Positions 54,669-63,873 of a DNA stretch of 64,000 nt are shown piece after piece. The DNA comes from an archaeon (GTDB lineage Archaea > Nanobdellota > Nanobdellia > Woesearchaeales > GW2011-AR4). Under the pieces are notes generated by a model, which made no database searches, had not been told where the DNA came from, and saw only the letters and a list, made by a program, of their open reading frames with translations. The first letter of the stretch is position 1, and each line of letters opens with the position of its first letter. The stretch lies in assembly GCA_002688925.1 (NCBI GenBank), contig NZEC01000011.1, positions 61,695 through 125,694 on the forward strand, written 5' to 3'. Made by a program: the position numbers and the translations under genes.

Positions 54669-55328
54669 ATGCACTCAAACACATTATTGGACCAGAAAAA
54701 CGACCTCATAAAGTATTGGAAAGAAAGATTTAGCTTTGGAGATATAGAAATAAATGCCTTTAAAGCCGTTGACAGGGAAAACTTTATCCATGAAAATCAT
54801 AAGCATAATGCGTATAATGATGCTCCTTTGCCCTTGCTGAGGGGAAAAACAATCTCGCAGCCAACAACCGTCATGATAATGACAGCCGCACTGGAATTAG
54901 AACTTGGAGATAAAGTTTTTGAAGTAGGCACAGGTTCTGGCTACCAAACTGCTATTATTGCAAAGATTGTAGGACCAAAAGGCAAGGTAATAACAACAGA
55001 AGTTGTCCCTGAGCTTATAAGCTTTGCAAAAGAAAACCTAAAAAAAGCAAAAATAGATAATGTTGAAATATTCGAAGAAGACGGCTCAAAAGGAATAAAA
55101 AGCAAAGGTATGTTTGACAAGATAATAATAACTGCTGCCTGCAGAGAATTCCCAAAACCTTTATTAGACCAATTAAAGCCAAATGGAATTATTGTAGGCC
55201 CCATTGGAAGCAGAGATGCGCAGGAAATGGTAAGAGGCATCAAAGACAAAAAAGGAAAACTGCAATTAGAGTTTCTGGGCTCTTTCTTATTCACCCCGAT
55301 GTACGGCAAGTATGGGTTTGAGGATTGA
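54669..55328 (+). CDS. pcm: protein-L-isoaspartate O-methyltransferase
   Basis: TISQPTTVMIM and the SAM motif VFEVGTGSGYQTA. Start taken at the first ATG, because the ORF-track TTG start runs through an intergenic repeat. Confidence 0.88.
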   Translation: MHSNTLLDQKNDLIKYWKERFSFGDIEINAFKAVDRENFIHENHKHNAYNDAPLPLLRGKTISQPTTVMIMTAALELELGDKVFEVGTGSGYQTAIIAKIVGPKGKVITTEVVPELISFAKENLKKAKIDNVEIFEEDGSKGIKSKGMFDKIIITAACREFPKPLLDQLKPNGIIVGPIGSRDAQEMVRGIKDKKGKLQLEFLGSFLFTPMYGKYGFED

Positions 55329-55384
55329 TAACTATTCTAAAGTAGAAAAGATTAAATATTGGTTGGTGATTTTTCAAAAATAAG

Positions 55385-56059
55385 ATGTATAGTGATTTTT
55401 TATTTCAGGATATAAATTTTTTGGGTTCTTTTGGCTACACTCATACAAAGAGTGGTTTAGAGAAAGCTGTTGAGGATAAGAGGTTATTTGACACTCTAAC
55501 AGAAAATTTAAATGAAAAAGTAAAGATATCTCCAAATTTATATTTCTATATTATAGTAAATAAATATATGAAAGAAATTGATATTGAAGATAAGGATATT
55601 ATTTTTTATGTTGGTGATATTTTGACTAAGTTTGTTGATAACGAAATACTAAGAACAATACCAAAACAAAATGAAAAGATTGAACATGTCTTAGATGCAA
55701 TAAATTTCGGACACAAATCTATAGATAAAAGGAATAAGTATGCAGCGTTTGATTCTTATAAGCATGCAGGAGAACTAGCATTGTTCATATCAGGTATATT
55801 TTACGAATACATCCTTAAAAAGGAGAATAGGAGGGTTTTAATGCCAGAACATTATGTGCCTTTGGGATCTTCATCATTTACAAGAGCAATAAATTTGAAT
55901 AAATATTTTGAATTAGGTATGCCTATTCCATCAGGAATGATGGCATTGTCCAATCCTGATAATTTCAAAGATTCAAAACTAGTTTTACATAAATTATCTG
56001 ACTATCATTTGAATTTTGATGATAAAATTACAATATTATGGAAAAGGCTAATGTCCTAA
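55385..56059 (+). CDS. hypothetical protein
   Basis: 224-aa ORF with no recognised motif. Confidence 0.4.
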   Translation: MYSDFLFQDINFLGSFGYTHTKSGLEKAVEDKRLFDTLTENLNEKVKISPNLYFYIIVNKYMKEIDIEDKDIIFYVGDILTKFVDNEILRTIPKQNEKIEHVLDAINFGHKSIDKRNKYAAFDSYKHAGELALFISGIFYEYILKKENRRVLMPEHYVPLGSSSFTRAINLNKYFELGMPIPSGMMALSNPDNFKDSKLVLHKLSDYHLNFDDKITILWKRLMS

Positions 56060-57598
56060 TCACTCATACTCAATCGTAGCAGGCGGCTTTTGCGAGATAT
56101 CATAAACAACCCTATTAACGCCTTTAACCTCGTTTATTATCCTGCTTGAAATCTTTTCTAATAACTCGAAAGGCAGCTTTGCCCAGTCTGCTGTCATTGC
56201 ATCTACAGAAGTTACAGCCCTTAACGAAATAATATTCTCATAAGTTCTTTTATCCCCCATAACGCCAACTGTTTTTACCGGAAGCAAAGCAGAAAGTGCC
56301 TGCCATGTTTTTTGATAATATCCTGAGCTTTTCAATTCTTCAATAAAAATATGGTCTGCTTCCTGCAGTATCTTTATTTTTTCTTTTGTAACTTCCCCTA
56401 AAATCCTAATAGCCAAACCAGGCCCTGGAAATGGGTGCCTCAATAAAATCTTGTCATGGATCTTTAACTCTTTGCCTAATTTCCGAACTTCATCCTTGTA
56501 AAGCTCCTTTAGCGGCTCAATTACTTTTAGCTTCATTTTTTTTGGCAGAGCAACATTATGGTGGCTTTTTATTTTATCCGCATTTTTGCTTGGCTGCGCA
56601 GTTTCAATCCTGTCAGGATAAATAGTTCCCTGCCCTAAAAACCTTATTTTTGGGTTTTTCTTTTCCAATTCAATTACTTTCTTCTCAAAAACCTCAATAA
56701 AAGTCTTCCCGATTATTTTCCTCTTTTTTTCAGGATCACTTATTCCCTTTAACTTGTCAAGAAAAATATCGCTTGCATCAACCATAAAGAAATTTTTAAA
56801 CTTTAATTTTTTAAACATCTTTTTAACTTCTTCAGCTTCATTTTTCCTTATAAGCCCATGGTCTATGAAAACGCAATAGATTTTATCCGAAATAGCTTCA
56901 TGCATCAAGTCAGCAGCAACCGTGCTATCCACCCCCCCTGAAACTCCCATGATGACATAATCATTCTTTATAGTATCCTTAACTTCTCTGATCAATTCAT
57001 CCCTCAAGCTTTTAAAATCCCAGTCTTTTTTAGATTCGCAGATATCAAACACAAAATTTTTCAAAACCTTATTCCCATTTACTGTATGAACAACTTCTGG
57101 ATGGAACTGCACCCCATATAATTTTTTATTTTCATTCCGAATAACAGCTGCCGGGCAAGTCTTTGTCTTTGCAAGAACCTCAAAATCTTTTCCTAGTTTA
57201 GTTACTAAATCGCCATGCGACATCCATACCTGCTCTTTTTTAGAAAGCCCTTTCAGCAATTTCCCGTTATTTTTAACAAAAATGTGCTTCTTCCCATACT
57301 CTTTCAATTTTCCCGCAAGAACTTTCCCATAGTACCTCCCTATCAGCTGCATGCCATAGCATATACCCAAAACAGGAATTCCTAATTCTAAAATCTTTTT
57401 ATCAAGAGTTGGAGCATTTTTTTCATAAACAGAATTAGGCCCTCCGGATAGAATTATTCCTGCAGGATTTAATTTTTTTATTTCTTTAGCAGAAATATCG
57501 CATGGCTTTATTTCAGAATAAACTCCCAATTCTCTTATTCTTCGCGCAATTAAATGAACTACCTGCGACCCAAAATTTATAATAATTATTTGTGCCAT
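56060..57598 (-). CDS. guaA: GMP synthase (glutamine-hydrolysing), fused GATase plus ATP-pyrophosphatase form
   Basis: GATase GICYGMQ and HPE, PP-loop SGGVDSTV, C-terminal dimerisation domain ending ...PATIEYE. Confidence 0.95.
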   Translation of the reverse strand: MAQIIIINFGSQVVHLIARRIRELGVYSEIKPCDISAKEIKKLNPAGIILSGGPNSVYEKNAPTLDKKILELGIPVLGICYGMQLIGRYYGKVLAGKLKEYGKKHIFVKNNGKLLKGLSKKEQVWMSHGDLVTKLGKDFEVLAKTKTCPAAVIRNENKKLYGVQFHPEVVHTVNGNKVLKNFVFDICESKKDWDFKSLRDELIREVKDTIKNDYVIMGVSGGVDSTVAADLMHEAISDKIYCVFIDHGLIRKNEAEEVKKMFKKLKFKNFFMVDASDIFLDKLKGISDPEKKRKIIGKTFIEVFEKKVIELEKKNPKIRFLGQGTIYPDRIETAQPSKNADKIKSHHNVALPKKMKLKVIEPLKELYKDEVRKLGKELKIHDKILLRHPFPGPGLAIRILGEVTKEKIKILQEADHIFIEELKSSGYYQKTWQALSALLPVKTVGVMGDKRTYENIISLRAVTSVDAMTADWAKLPFELLEKISSRIINEVKGVNRVVYDISQKPPATIEYE

Positions 57599-57683
57599 AT
57601 AATAGAAGAAACCCCGTTATATATAAATGTTTCGCGTTTATTTTTCAATATGGAAAATAAGATATTAAGACTTAAACAAAACC

Positions 57684-57691
57684 TTTTAATA
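57684..57691 (+). promoter_or_regulatory. BRE/TATA promoter (CAAAACC TTTTAATA)
   Basis: Ends 22 nt before the ATG at 57714. Confidence 0.6.
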
Positions 57692-57713
57692 ATATAATTT
57701 ATTCTATCTCAGT

Positions 57714-58340
57714 ATGAAATATGTGCATGACCCAACGCAGATAATAATTGGGAAAATAAACACATCAGAAAAAGAAATCAAGGATTTGATAAAGGCATGG
57801 ATAGCTATCTCAATAGCCTTTGCCGTTGTCCTTAGGGGAGCAATACAACTGAGCTTTTACAAAGTATTTATTATTGCTGCTGTTACTGTTGGAACTGGAT
57901 TTTTGCTTCATGAATTAGGTCATAAAATTGTTGCTCAGAGATATGGCTGCTTTGCAGAATTCAGGTCTTTTGACCAGATGCTTCTTTTAGCAATAATAAT
58001 GTCAATCTTCCTCAAAGTTATATTTGCAGCTCCGGGAGCAGTCATGATATCCGGACCTGTTGGAATTAGAAGAAACGGCAGGATTTCAGCCGCAGGCCCT
58101 GTTGTAAACTTAATTTTAGCATTATTTTTCTACTCGATCTTATTAATATCCGAAGCAGGCTTGCTGAAGATAATAGCATTTTACGGCTTTTTCATAAATT
58201 CATGGCTGGCCTTGTTCAACATGCTGCCTTTATGGAACCTCGATGGCGCAAAAGTATTAAGGTGGGACAAAAAAATATATGGAATCATCGTAGCTGTAGC
58301 AGTGGTATTTTTATTTTTGCAAAACTTTATAAGCATGTAA
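57714..58340 (+). CDS. M50 (site-2 protease-like) membrane metalloprotease
   Basis: HELGHKIV (HExxH) and NMLPLWNLDGAKV motifs; paralogous in layout to 12117-12704. TATA at 57684-57691 is 22 nt upstream. Confidence 0.7.
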   Translation: MKYVHDPTQIIIGKINTSEKEIKDLIKAWIAISIAFAVVLRGAIQLSFYKVFIIAAVTVGTGFLLHELGHKIVAQRYGCFAEFRSFDQMLLLAIIMSIFLKVIFAAPGAVMISGPVGIRRNGRISAAGPVVNLILALFFYSILLISEAGLLKIIAFYGFFINSWLALFNMLPLWNLDGAKVLRWDKKIYGIIVAVAVVFLFLQNFISM

Positions 58341-58407
58341 ACTGATTTTAATCCATTAATAATAGAAAAAGCCAATATCAAAAACAAATAAAAAAAGAGG
58401 TATTATA

Positions 58408-59373
58408 ATGCCCAAACTGAATCTTGACAGCAATAAAGTTCTGATTATTTCTATATTAGTTGTTCTGATTGCAACCGGAAGCCTTGTTTTTTATTACAAC
58501 AATAAGCTGACAAAGATGAATGAGGATTTTAATACAAAGCTTTTGATATTGAATAAGGAGATTGTTGAAAATCTTAACCGCATGGAACGTTCTTTAGAAG
58601 AGGAGATATTCTCGCTAAGGAATAATTTGACAATGCAGGTGCTGCTTCTTGACAAAAACCTGAAGAATTTTCGGGAAAAGAATGAGCAGGAGATAGGAGC
58701 TTTAAACTCATTGATTGATGAGATAGAAAAACAAAGCGATATACAGCTCAAAGAGATAAAAGATGAATTAAAAACTATTCAAGTAAAGAGCAAGGACTTT
58801 TCTGCAATAATTGATGATGTTTTACAGTCAGTTGTCAGCATCGGTACAGATAGGGGCCAGGGCAGCGGAGTAGTAGTGGATGATCGCGGTTTTATTGTAA
58901 CTAATTTCCATGTTATTGATGACGCAAGCATAATAAGAATCCTGACTTATGAAAATGATGTTTATGATGCCAATTTAATCGATTATAATGAAGTCATGGA
59001 CCTTGCAGTTATTAAGGTAGAAGCCAGCCTGGAAAACTTAAGGTTCGATGACTCGGATGACGTTAAGGTCGGTGAAAGAGTAATAGCTTTGGGAAATCCT
59101 GCAGGATTGTCATTTACAGTAACAGAAGGCATTGTCAGCGCTCTAAACAGGAAAGGCCCTAATAACTTAGATATTTATCTGCAGACAGACGTTCCGATCA
59201 ACCCGGGAAATTCAGGAGGCCCATTGGTAAATACAAACTCAAGAATCATAGGCATCAACAATTTCAAGATAGGAGGTTTTGAAGGATTAGGATTTGCAAT
59301 AGAATCCAACTCAGTTAAGGAAGCAGTAGAAGAGATAATAGATACATACATCCAGGAGCAGGAATCACAATAA
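58408..59373 (+). CDS. membrane-anchored trypsin-like serine protease (HtrA/S1C-like, no PDZ)
   Basis: N-terminal TM helix and coiled coil, then TNFHVI (His), DLAVIK (Asp) and GNSGGPLVN (Ser). Confidence 0.8.
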   Translation: MPKLNLDSNKVLIISILVVLIATGSLVFYYNNKLTKMNEDFNTKLLILNKEIVENLNRMERSLEEEIFSLRNNLTMQVLLLDKNLKNFREKNEQEIGALNSLIDEIEKQSDIQLKEIKDELKTIQVKSKDFSAIIDDVLQSVVSIGTDRGQGSGVVVDDRGFIVTNFHVIDDASIIRILTYENDVYDANLIDYNEVMDLAVIKVEASLENLRFDDSDDVKVGERVIALGNPAGLSFTVTEGIVSALNRKGPNNLDIYLQTDVPINPGNSGGPLVNTNSRIIGINNFKIGGFEGLGFAIESNSVKEAVEEIIDTYIQEQESQ

Positions 59374-59477
59374 AAAACCCAATTAAAAAATTCAATAAAA
59401 TAAAAAATAATAATTATAACAAAAATAATACATTAGCAATGCAAAAACTTAAATAATGCTAAAAAAATAATAATACA

Positions 59478-60101
59478 ATGCCAAAAAAGAGGAAAGTAAA
59501 GGAAGTTAAGAAAGTTGCACCTGTAAACGTTAAGGCAACTGAGAAAACAGTTCAACCTAAGCCAATAAAAACAGATTCTCAGCCTAAATCTTCTGCCAAG
59601 CCTGTATCTTTCTCAAATTTTTTTGATAAACAGGCAAAAATACAAAAAACAGAGTACAGATCAAAAGAGGAAGAAGAGCTGCAGGACATGGTTGAAGAAG
59701 TAAATGCGTTAAATGGAAACAAAAAATCCCCTAAAGCCAAAAGTTCAATACCAGCATGGTTTTATATCGCCTCTATCTTTGCAGCATTTTTATTCACATC
59801 CTATATATCAATCTTTGCAGCCCTGCATTTTGAAGACATAGAATTTATGAACATAACAATTGTTTTTTTGTTCATCTCAATTGTTTCTTATTTTCTCATA
59901 TCCTCAATGTATTTCATCTCAGAAAAAAACAGGATGCATTCCATCCCTCCAATGCTGTTTTTTATAGGTATAACCTCTATTATGATTTATGCATTCAAGG
60001 CAGTTGACACATCAAACTTAGTGAGGTTCTCTATAATGTATACTATAGTAGTTGCAGCTGTATCTATGTATTTTCTTACAACAAGAAAAGGAAAACAATA
60101 A
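59478..60101 (+). CDS. membrane protein, unknown function
   Basis: Lys-rich N-terminal region followed by about four TM helices. Confidence 0.45.
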   Translation: MPKKRKVKEVKKVAPVNVKATEKTVQPKPIKTDSQPKSSAKPVSFSNFFDKQAKIQKTEYRSKEEEELQDMVEEVNALNGNKKSPKAKSSIPAWFYIASIFAAFLFTSYISIFAALHFEDIEFMNITIVFLFISIVSYFLISSMYFISEKNRMHSIPPMLFFIGITSIMIYAFKAVDTSNLVRFSIMYTIVVAAVSMYFLTTRKGKQ

Positions 60102-60111
60102 GTAAAAAATT

Positions 60112-60660
60112 TCATTCACCAAACTTCTCTACTCTGTAAGTATCTATTTCAATATCACCATTTTTCCAAGAATCCCCGTTTAATCCGGCTTTCATGCACA
60201 AATGCTCCAGAAATTCTTCCTTATCATTAATCTGCTCCCATACCTGTGGAAGAAATGTAGCCATCTTCTGTCCTTTTTTAAGAATAACACCTTCCTTTTT
60301 ATCTAATTTTTTAAGCAGATTATTGGAATCAATAAAATTCAATTTTACCGGTTCAGTCAATATGGAAATTTCAATCTTCAAACTATCAATTTCTTTTTTT
60401 GTTACCTCAGTAAATCTGTAATCATTGTAAGCTGCATTGACAGCATTTTCTATAACAGACTTGTAAATTGAATCAGAAGGAAGCAAATTACCTATACATC
60501 CCCTTAGCTCATCATTTAAATTCAATGTCACAAAAATACCCTTTTTCTCTTTCAGTTTCTTTGGAATTTTATTTTCATCAATATCAACATTACCAGGATA
60601 CCTAATTATTGCATTCCTTGCCAGCTCAAGTAAAAACTTCTGTTCTTTTTCAGTTATCAT
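60112..60660 (-). CDS. AMMECR1 domain protein (AmmeMemoRadiSam system protein A)
   Basis: GIFVTL...LRGCIG motif. Confidence 0.85.
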   Translation of the reverse strand: MITEKEQKFLLELARNAIIRYPGNVDIDENKIPKKLKEKKGIFVTLNLNDELRGCIGNLLPSDSIYKSVIENAVNAAYNDYRFTEVTKKEIDSLKIEISILTEPVKLNFIDSNNLLKKLDKKEGVILKKGQKMATFLPQVWEQINDKEEFLEHLCMKAGLNGDSWKNGDIEIDTYRVEKFGE

Positions 60661-60763
60661 TTTTTCAATAATAATATTTTTTTAGTAATTAAATTTTTTT
60701 TATTTTATTGTTTTTTTGTTATTTTTTATTGGAATTTATTTATTCTAAATGTTAATCAAAAAC

Positions 60764-61528
60764 TTATCCATAAAAAACAAAGCTCGAATAGCCCACAACA
60801 CCATCTTTAGTGTTTGTAACATCCCCTGAATTTTTATAATCAAGCAGTTTGCACTTCCATTTTAGCTTTTTTGCAATATCTATAAGCGCTAAAATTGGAA
60901 TCTTTCCGCATGCATCCCCTTCTTGCTCAATTTTATCATAATCAAGATTATTAATTCCAATATTAGTATTCTTATCAATCCCAACAGCATCATCATAGCT
61001 GTTATAATGGCTCAAATCCGAACTTATAATAAGAACAGTATCCTCATTCAGCAGAGGCTCTATGCATTTGCTTATTTTTTTCGGGTCTGCATCCCCTGCA
61101 ACCATTGGCAGTATTTCAAAATCCTTTAATATTTTCTGCAGAAAAGGAACCTGCACTTCCAGGCAATGCTCTTTTACATGCGGCTCTTCTAATTTTCTAA
61201 GCTTATTTTCCATAACCTTAACTTTCCCAAGTGGACTTTCCCAGTATTCATTTACATCACTTGCTGCATCACTAAAATAAACCTGATGCGAAGGCCCAAG
61301 CATTATAACCTTCTTTATTCTATCTCTATATTTTTTCAACAAAGAATATGCATAAGCTGCTACCTGCCCAGAATAAATATATCCTGCATGCGGCACAATA
61401 ATAGCCTTCAATTCCTTTTCCAACTTAATATCAGGAACATTATCCAAGAACTTGTCAATCATACTATCTAATTCTGCTTTGTCACTTGGATAAAACATTC
61501 CTGAAACTGCTGGTTTTCTTGTTGTCAT
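60764..61528 (-). CDS. MEMO1-family protein (AmmeMemoRadiSam system protein B)
   Basis: SGMFYP and IVPHAGYIYSGQVAAYAY. The ATG at 61528 forms an ATGA overlap with the upstream radical SAM gene; the ORF-track TTG start is rejected. Confidence 0.85.
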   Translation of the reverse strand: MTTRKPAVSGMFYPSDKAELDSMIDKFLDNVPDIKLEKELKAIIVPHAGYIYSGQVAAYAYSLLKKYRDRIKKVIMLGPSHQVYFSDAASDVNEYWESPLGKVKVMENKLRKLEEPHVKEHCLEVQVPFLQKILKDFEILPMVAGDADPKKISKCIEPLLNEDTVLIISSDLSHYNSYDDAVGIDKNTNIGINNLDYDKIEQEGDACGKIPILALIDIAKKLKWKCKLLDYKNSGDVTNTKDGVVGYSSFVFYG

Positions 61529-62583
61529 CCCCAAACCCCAGCTATCTTCTCATTGCATTTAGCACACTTCCCATTCTTAAGATTTTCTATCTCAACTAAA
61601 TATCCTCTCCTCCTTATTAAAACTGCTTTACATGAAGGACAACGAGTGCTTTCATTATCTTCATCAATAATATTGCCCGCATAAACATACTTTAATCCGC
61701 TTTTCCTTCCTATTTTTACTGCCTTGTGAAGTGTTGTATGCCTTGTTATTTCTGCATCAGTCATTCTATAGTCTGGATGAAATGCAGACACATGCCAGGG
61801 AATATTTTTGTCAATACCTGAAATAAAATCAGCTATCTTTCTAAGTTCACTATCAGAATCATTTTTCCCCGGAATGACTAATGTAGTTATCTCCATCCAT
61901 ATTCCTAACTCATGCACTTTTTTTATTGTTTCCAGCACATGTTTAAGCTCAGCCCTGCATATTTTCCTGTAAAATTCATCAGAAAACGATTTTAAGTCAA
62001 TGTTTATTCCATTTAAGTAAGGTTTCATCAACTCCAATGCATCATCCGACTCATAGCCATTGCTCACAAACACATTCTTGATATTTTTTTTATGCGCAAG
62101 TTTTGAAGTGTCATAGAGATATTCAAAAAATATTATAGGTTCATTGTAAGTATATGCAATGCTAGGAATTTTCCCCTTTACACATATATCCACAATTTTT
62201 TCAGGGCTTAGATCATAGCCATACTTGCTTACCTCAACACCCATAAGCTCCGGCTTTTTTTCCTTTAGCAGCTTTAGCTTCAATTCCTTAGAAGCTTGCG
62301 AAATATCCCAATTCTGGCAAAAACTACATGCAAAATTACAGCCAACTGTCCCCAATGAAAATACTTTTGTTCCAGGAAGAAAATGATATAATGGTTTTTT
62401 TTCAATAGGATCTATATTAAATGAAGCAGCCTTCCCATAAACCAATAAATACAATTTTCCATTTTTATTCTGCCTCACACCACAAATCCCGGTATTATCC
62501 GGGCCAATAACACACTTATGCTTGCATGCTGTGCAAACTACCTTATTGCTGTCTAATTTTTTATAGAGTATAGGTTCATGCAT
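61525..62583 (-). CDS. AmmeMemoRadiSam system radical SAM enzyme
   Basis: N-terminal Cys cluster CTACKHKC..GICGVR, IDPIEKKPLYHF, GCNFACSFCQNW radical SAM motif, and a C-terminal CPSC...CAKC zinc ribbon. Confidence 0.85.
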   Translation of the reverse strand: MHEPILYKKLDSNKVVCTACKHKCVIGPDNTGICGVRQNKNGKLYLLVYGKAASFNIDPIEKKPLYHFLPGTKVFSLGTVGCNFACSFCQNWDISQASKELKLKLLKEKKPELMGVEVSKYGYDLSPEKIVDICVKGKIPSIAYTYNEPIIFFEYLYDTSKLAHKKNIKNVFVSNGYESDDALELMKPYLNGINIDLKSFSDEFYRKICRAELKHVLETIKKVHELGIWMEITTLVIPGKNDSDSELRKIADFISGIDKNIPWHVSAFHPDYRMTDAEITRHTTLHKAVKIGRKSGLKYVYAGNIIDEDNESTRCPSCKAVLIRRRGYLVEIENLKNGKCAKCNEKIAGVWG

Positions 62584-62679
62584 ATTATTCTTCTAAGCTG
62601 TTAAAGTTTAAAAAATTTGCTTAATAAAAACCAAAACAAAACAATAATTAATATAAACAAAAACATAATCCTATTAACC

Positions 62680-63294
62680 ATGATATTTAAACAAATAGAA
62701 GTAGGAAATATGCAGAACTTCTGCTATATTGCAGCAGATGAAGAATCTAAAGAAGCAGCAATAATTGATGCTGGCTTTGACCCCGAGCTTTTAGTAGAAG
62801 AAGCAAAAAAATTCGGCTTGAAAATAAAATATATTTTACTTACCCATAATCATTACGACCATATGCAATCAACAGAAATTCTGGTTCAATTGACAAATGC
62901 AATAGTCTGCATTCATAAAAACGATGCTCAAGCCTTACACAATTTAAAAATAAAGACTCTTGAGGATAATGAGGAACTTAATATTGGCAAAATCAAGATT
63001 AAACTTTTGCATACACCCGGGCACACTCCCGGAAGTTCATGCTATCTGATAAATAATAAGCTAATAACAGGAGACACTTTATTTGTAGAGGCCGTTGGCC
63101 GTGTAGATCTACCAGGAAGCGATATAAAACAGATGTTCAACAGCCTGCAAAAGCTAAAGAATCTGGATGAAAACATAGAAGTATATCCCGGACATGATTA
63201 CGGCTCTATCCCTCACTCCACAATATCGCACGAAAAACAAAACAATCCTTACCTTAAATGCAGAACTTTTGAAGAATTCTCAGAGATTAGGTAA
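62680..63294 (+). CDS. MBL-fold metallo-hydrolase (glyoxalase II-like)
   Basis: THNHYDH metal motif, HTPGHTPGS, GDTLF and HDYG. Start taken at the first ATG. Confidence 0.8.
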   Translation: MIFKQIEVGNMQNFCYIAADEESKEAAIIDAGFDPELLVEEAKKFGLKIKYILLTHNHYDHMQSTEILVQLTNAIVCIHKNDAQALHNLKIKTLEDNEELNIGKIKIKLLHTPGHTPGSSCYLINNKLITGDTLFVEAVGRVDLPGSDIKQMFNSLQKLKNLDENIEVYPGHDYGSIPHSTISHEKQNNPYLKCRTFEEFSEIR

Positions 63295-63322
63295 AATAAT
63301 TTAATATTCAAGAAAAAACCAA

Positions 63323-63742
63323 TTAATCATACCCTGTAACTTCACTAACAGCTTCTTTTTTCTCTTCTTTTGCCTTGTGCCTAAAGATATGAGCAAATGA
63401 TGGTACTGCAGCAATCCAGTTGTCTCCAAATCCTGCTATATCTCCCTCAATAGCATCGCATGTTTTCTTCAATTTATTGATTGCCCTTTTCAATTCAACT
63501 ATATCTTTGTCTTTTAACGGCTTAATATTAATCAAGGCAACAGTATTCCCTTCCCTTAATGTATCAAGAATTGGCTTGATGCTCTCAAAATCATCAATCA
63601 CAAAAGGCCTTACAGTTATTTTAGAGCTTTGTGAATTAACATCTGTACCTAATTCAACATAACCTTCTTCTTCAGCCTCGTGAATAATTTCAGAATCACC
63701 ATTAGACATCTTTTCTTTTAATTTTGAAAAAAAACCTGTCAT
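63323..63742 (-). CDS. sepF: cell division protein SepF (DUF552)
   Basis: ITVRPFVIDDFESIKPILDTLREGNTVALINIKPL...ELKRAINKLKKTCDAIEGDIAGFG pattern of archaeal SepF. Confidence 0.8.
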   Translation of the reverse strand: MTGFFSKLKEKMSNGDSEIIHEAEEEGYVELGTDVNSQSSKITVRPFVIDDFESIKPILDTLREGNTVALINIKPLKDKDIVELKRAINKLKKTCDAIEGDIAGFGDNWIAAVPSFAHIFRHKAKEEKKEAVSEVTGYD

Positions 63743-63843
63743 TTAACCACCATTAACAATTTTAATAAGTCTAATCATTTTGATTCATAGCAAATATATA
63801 AATCTTTCTATTAGTATCACTCAAACACCATAGCAACGAAACA

Positions 63844-63851
63844 TTTTTAAA
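63844..63851 (+). promoter_or_regulatory. BRE/TATA promoter (CGAAACA TTTTTAAA) of rpl21e
   Basis: Ends 22 nt before the ATG at 63874. Confidence 0.6.
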
Positions 63852-63873
63852 GCGAAATAAAATTCGTTTTAAT

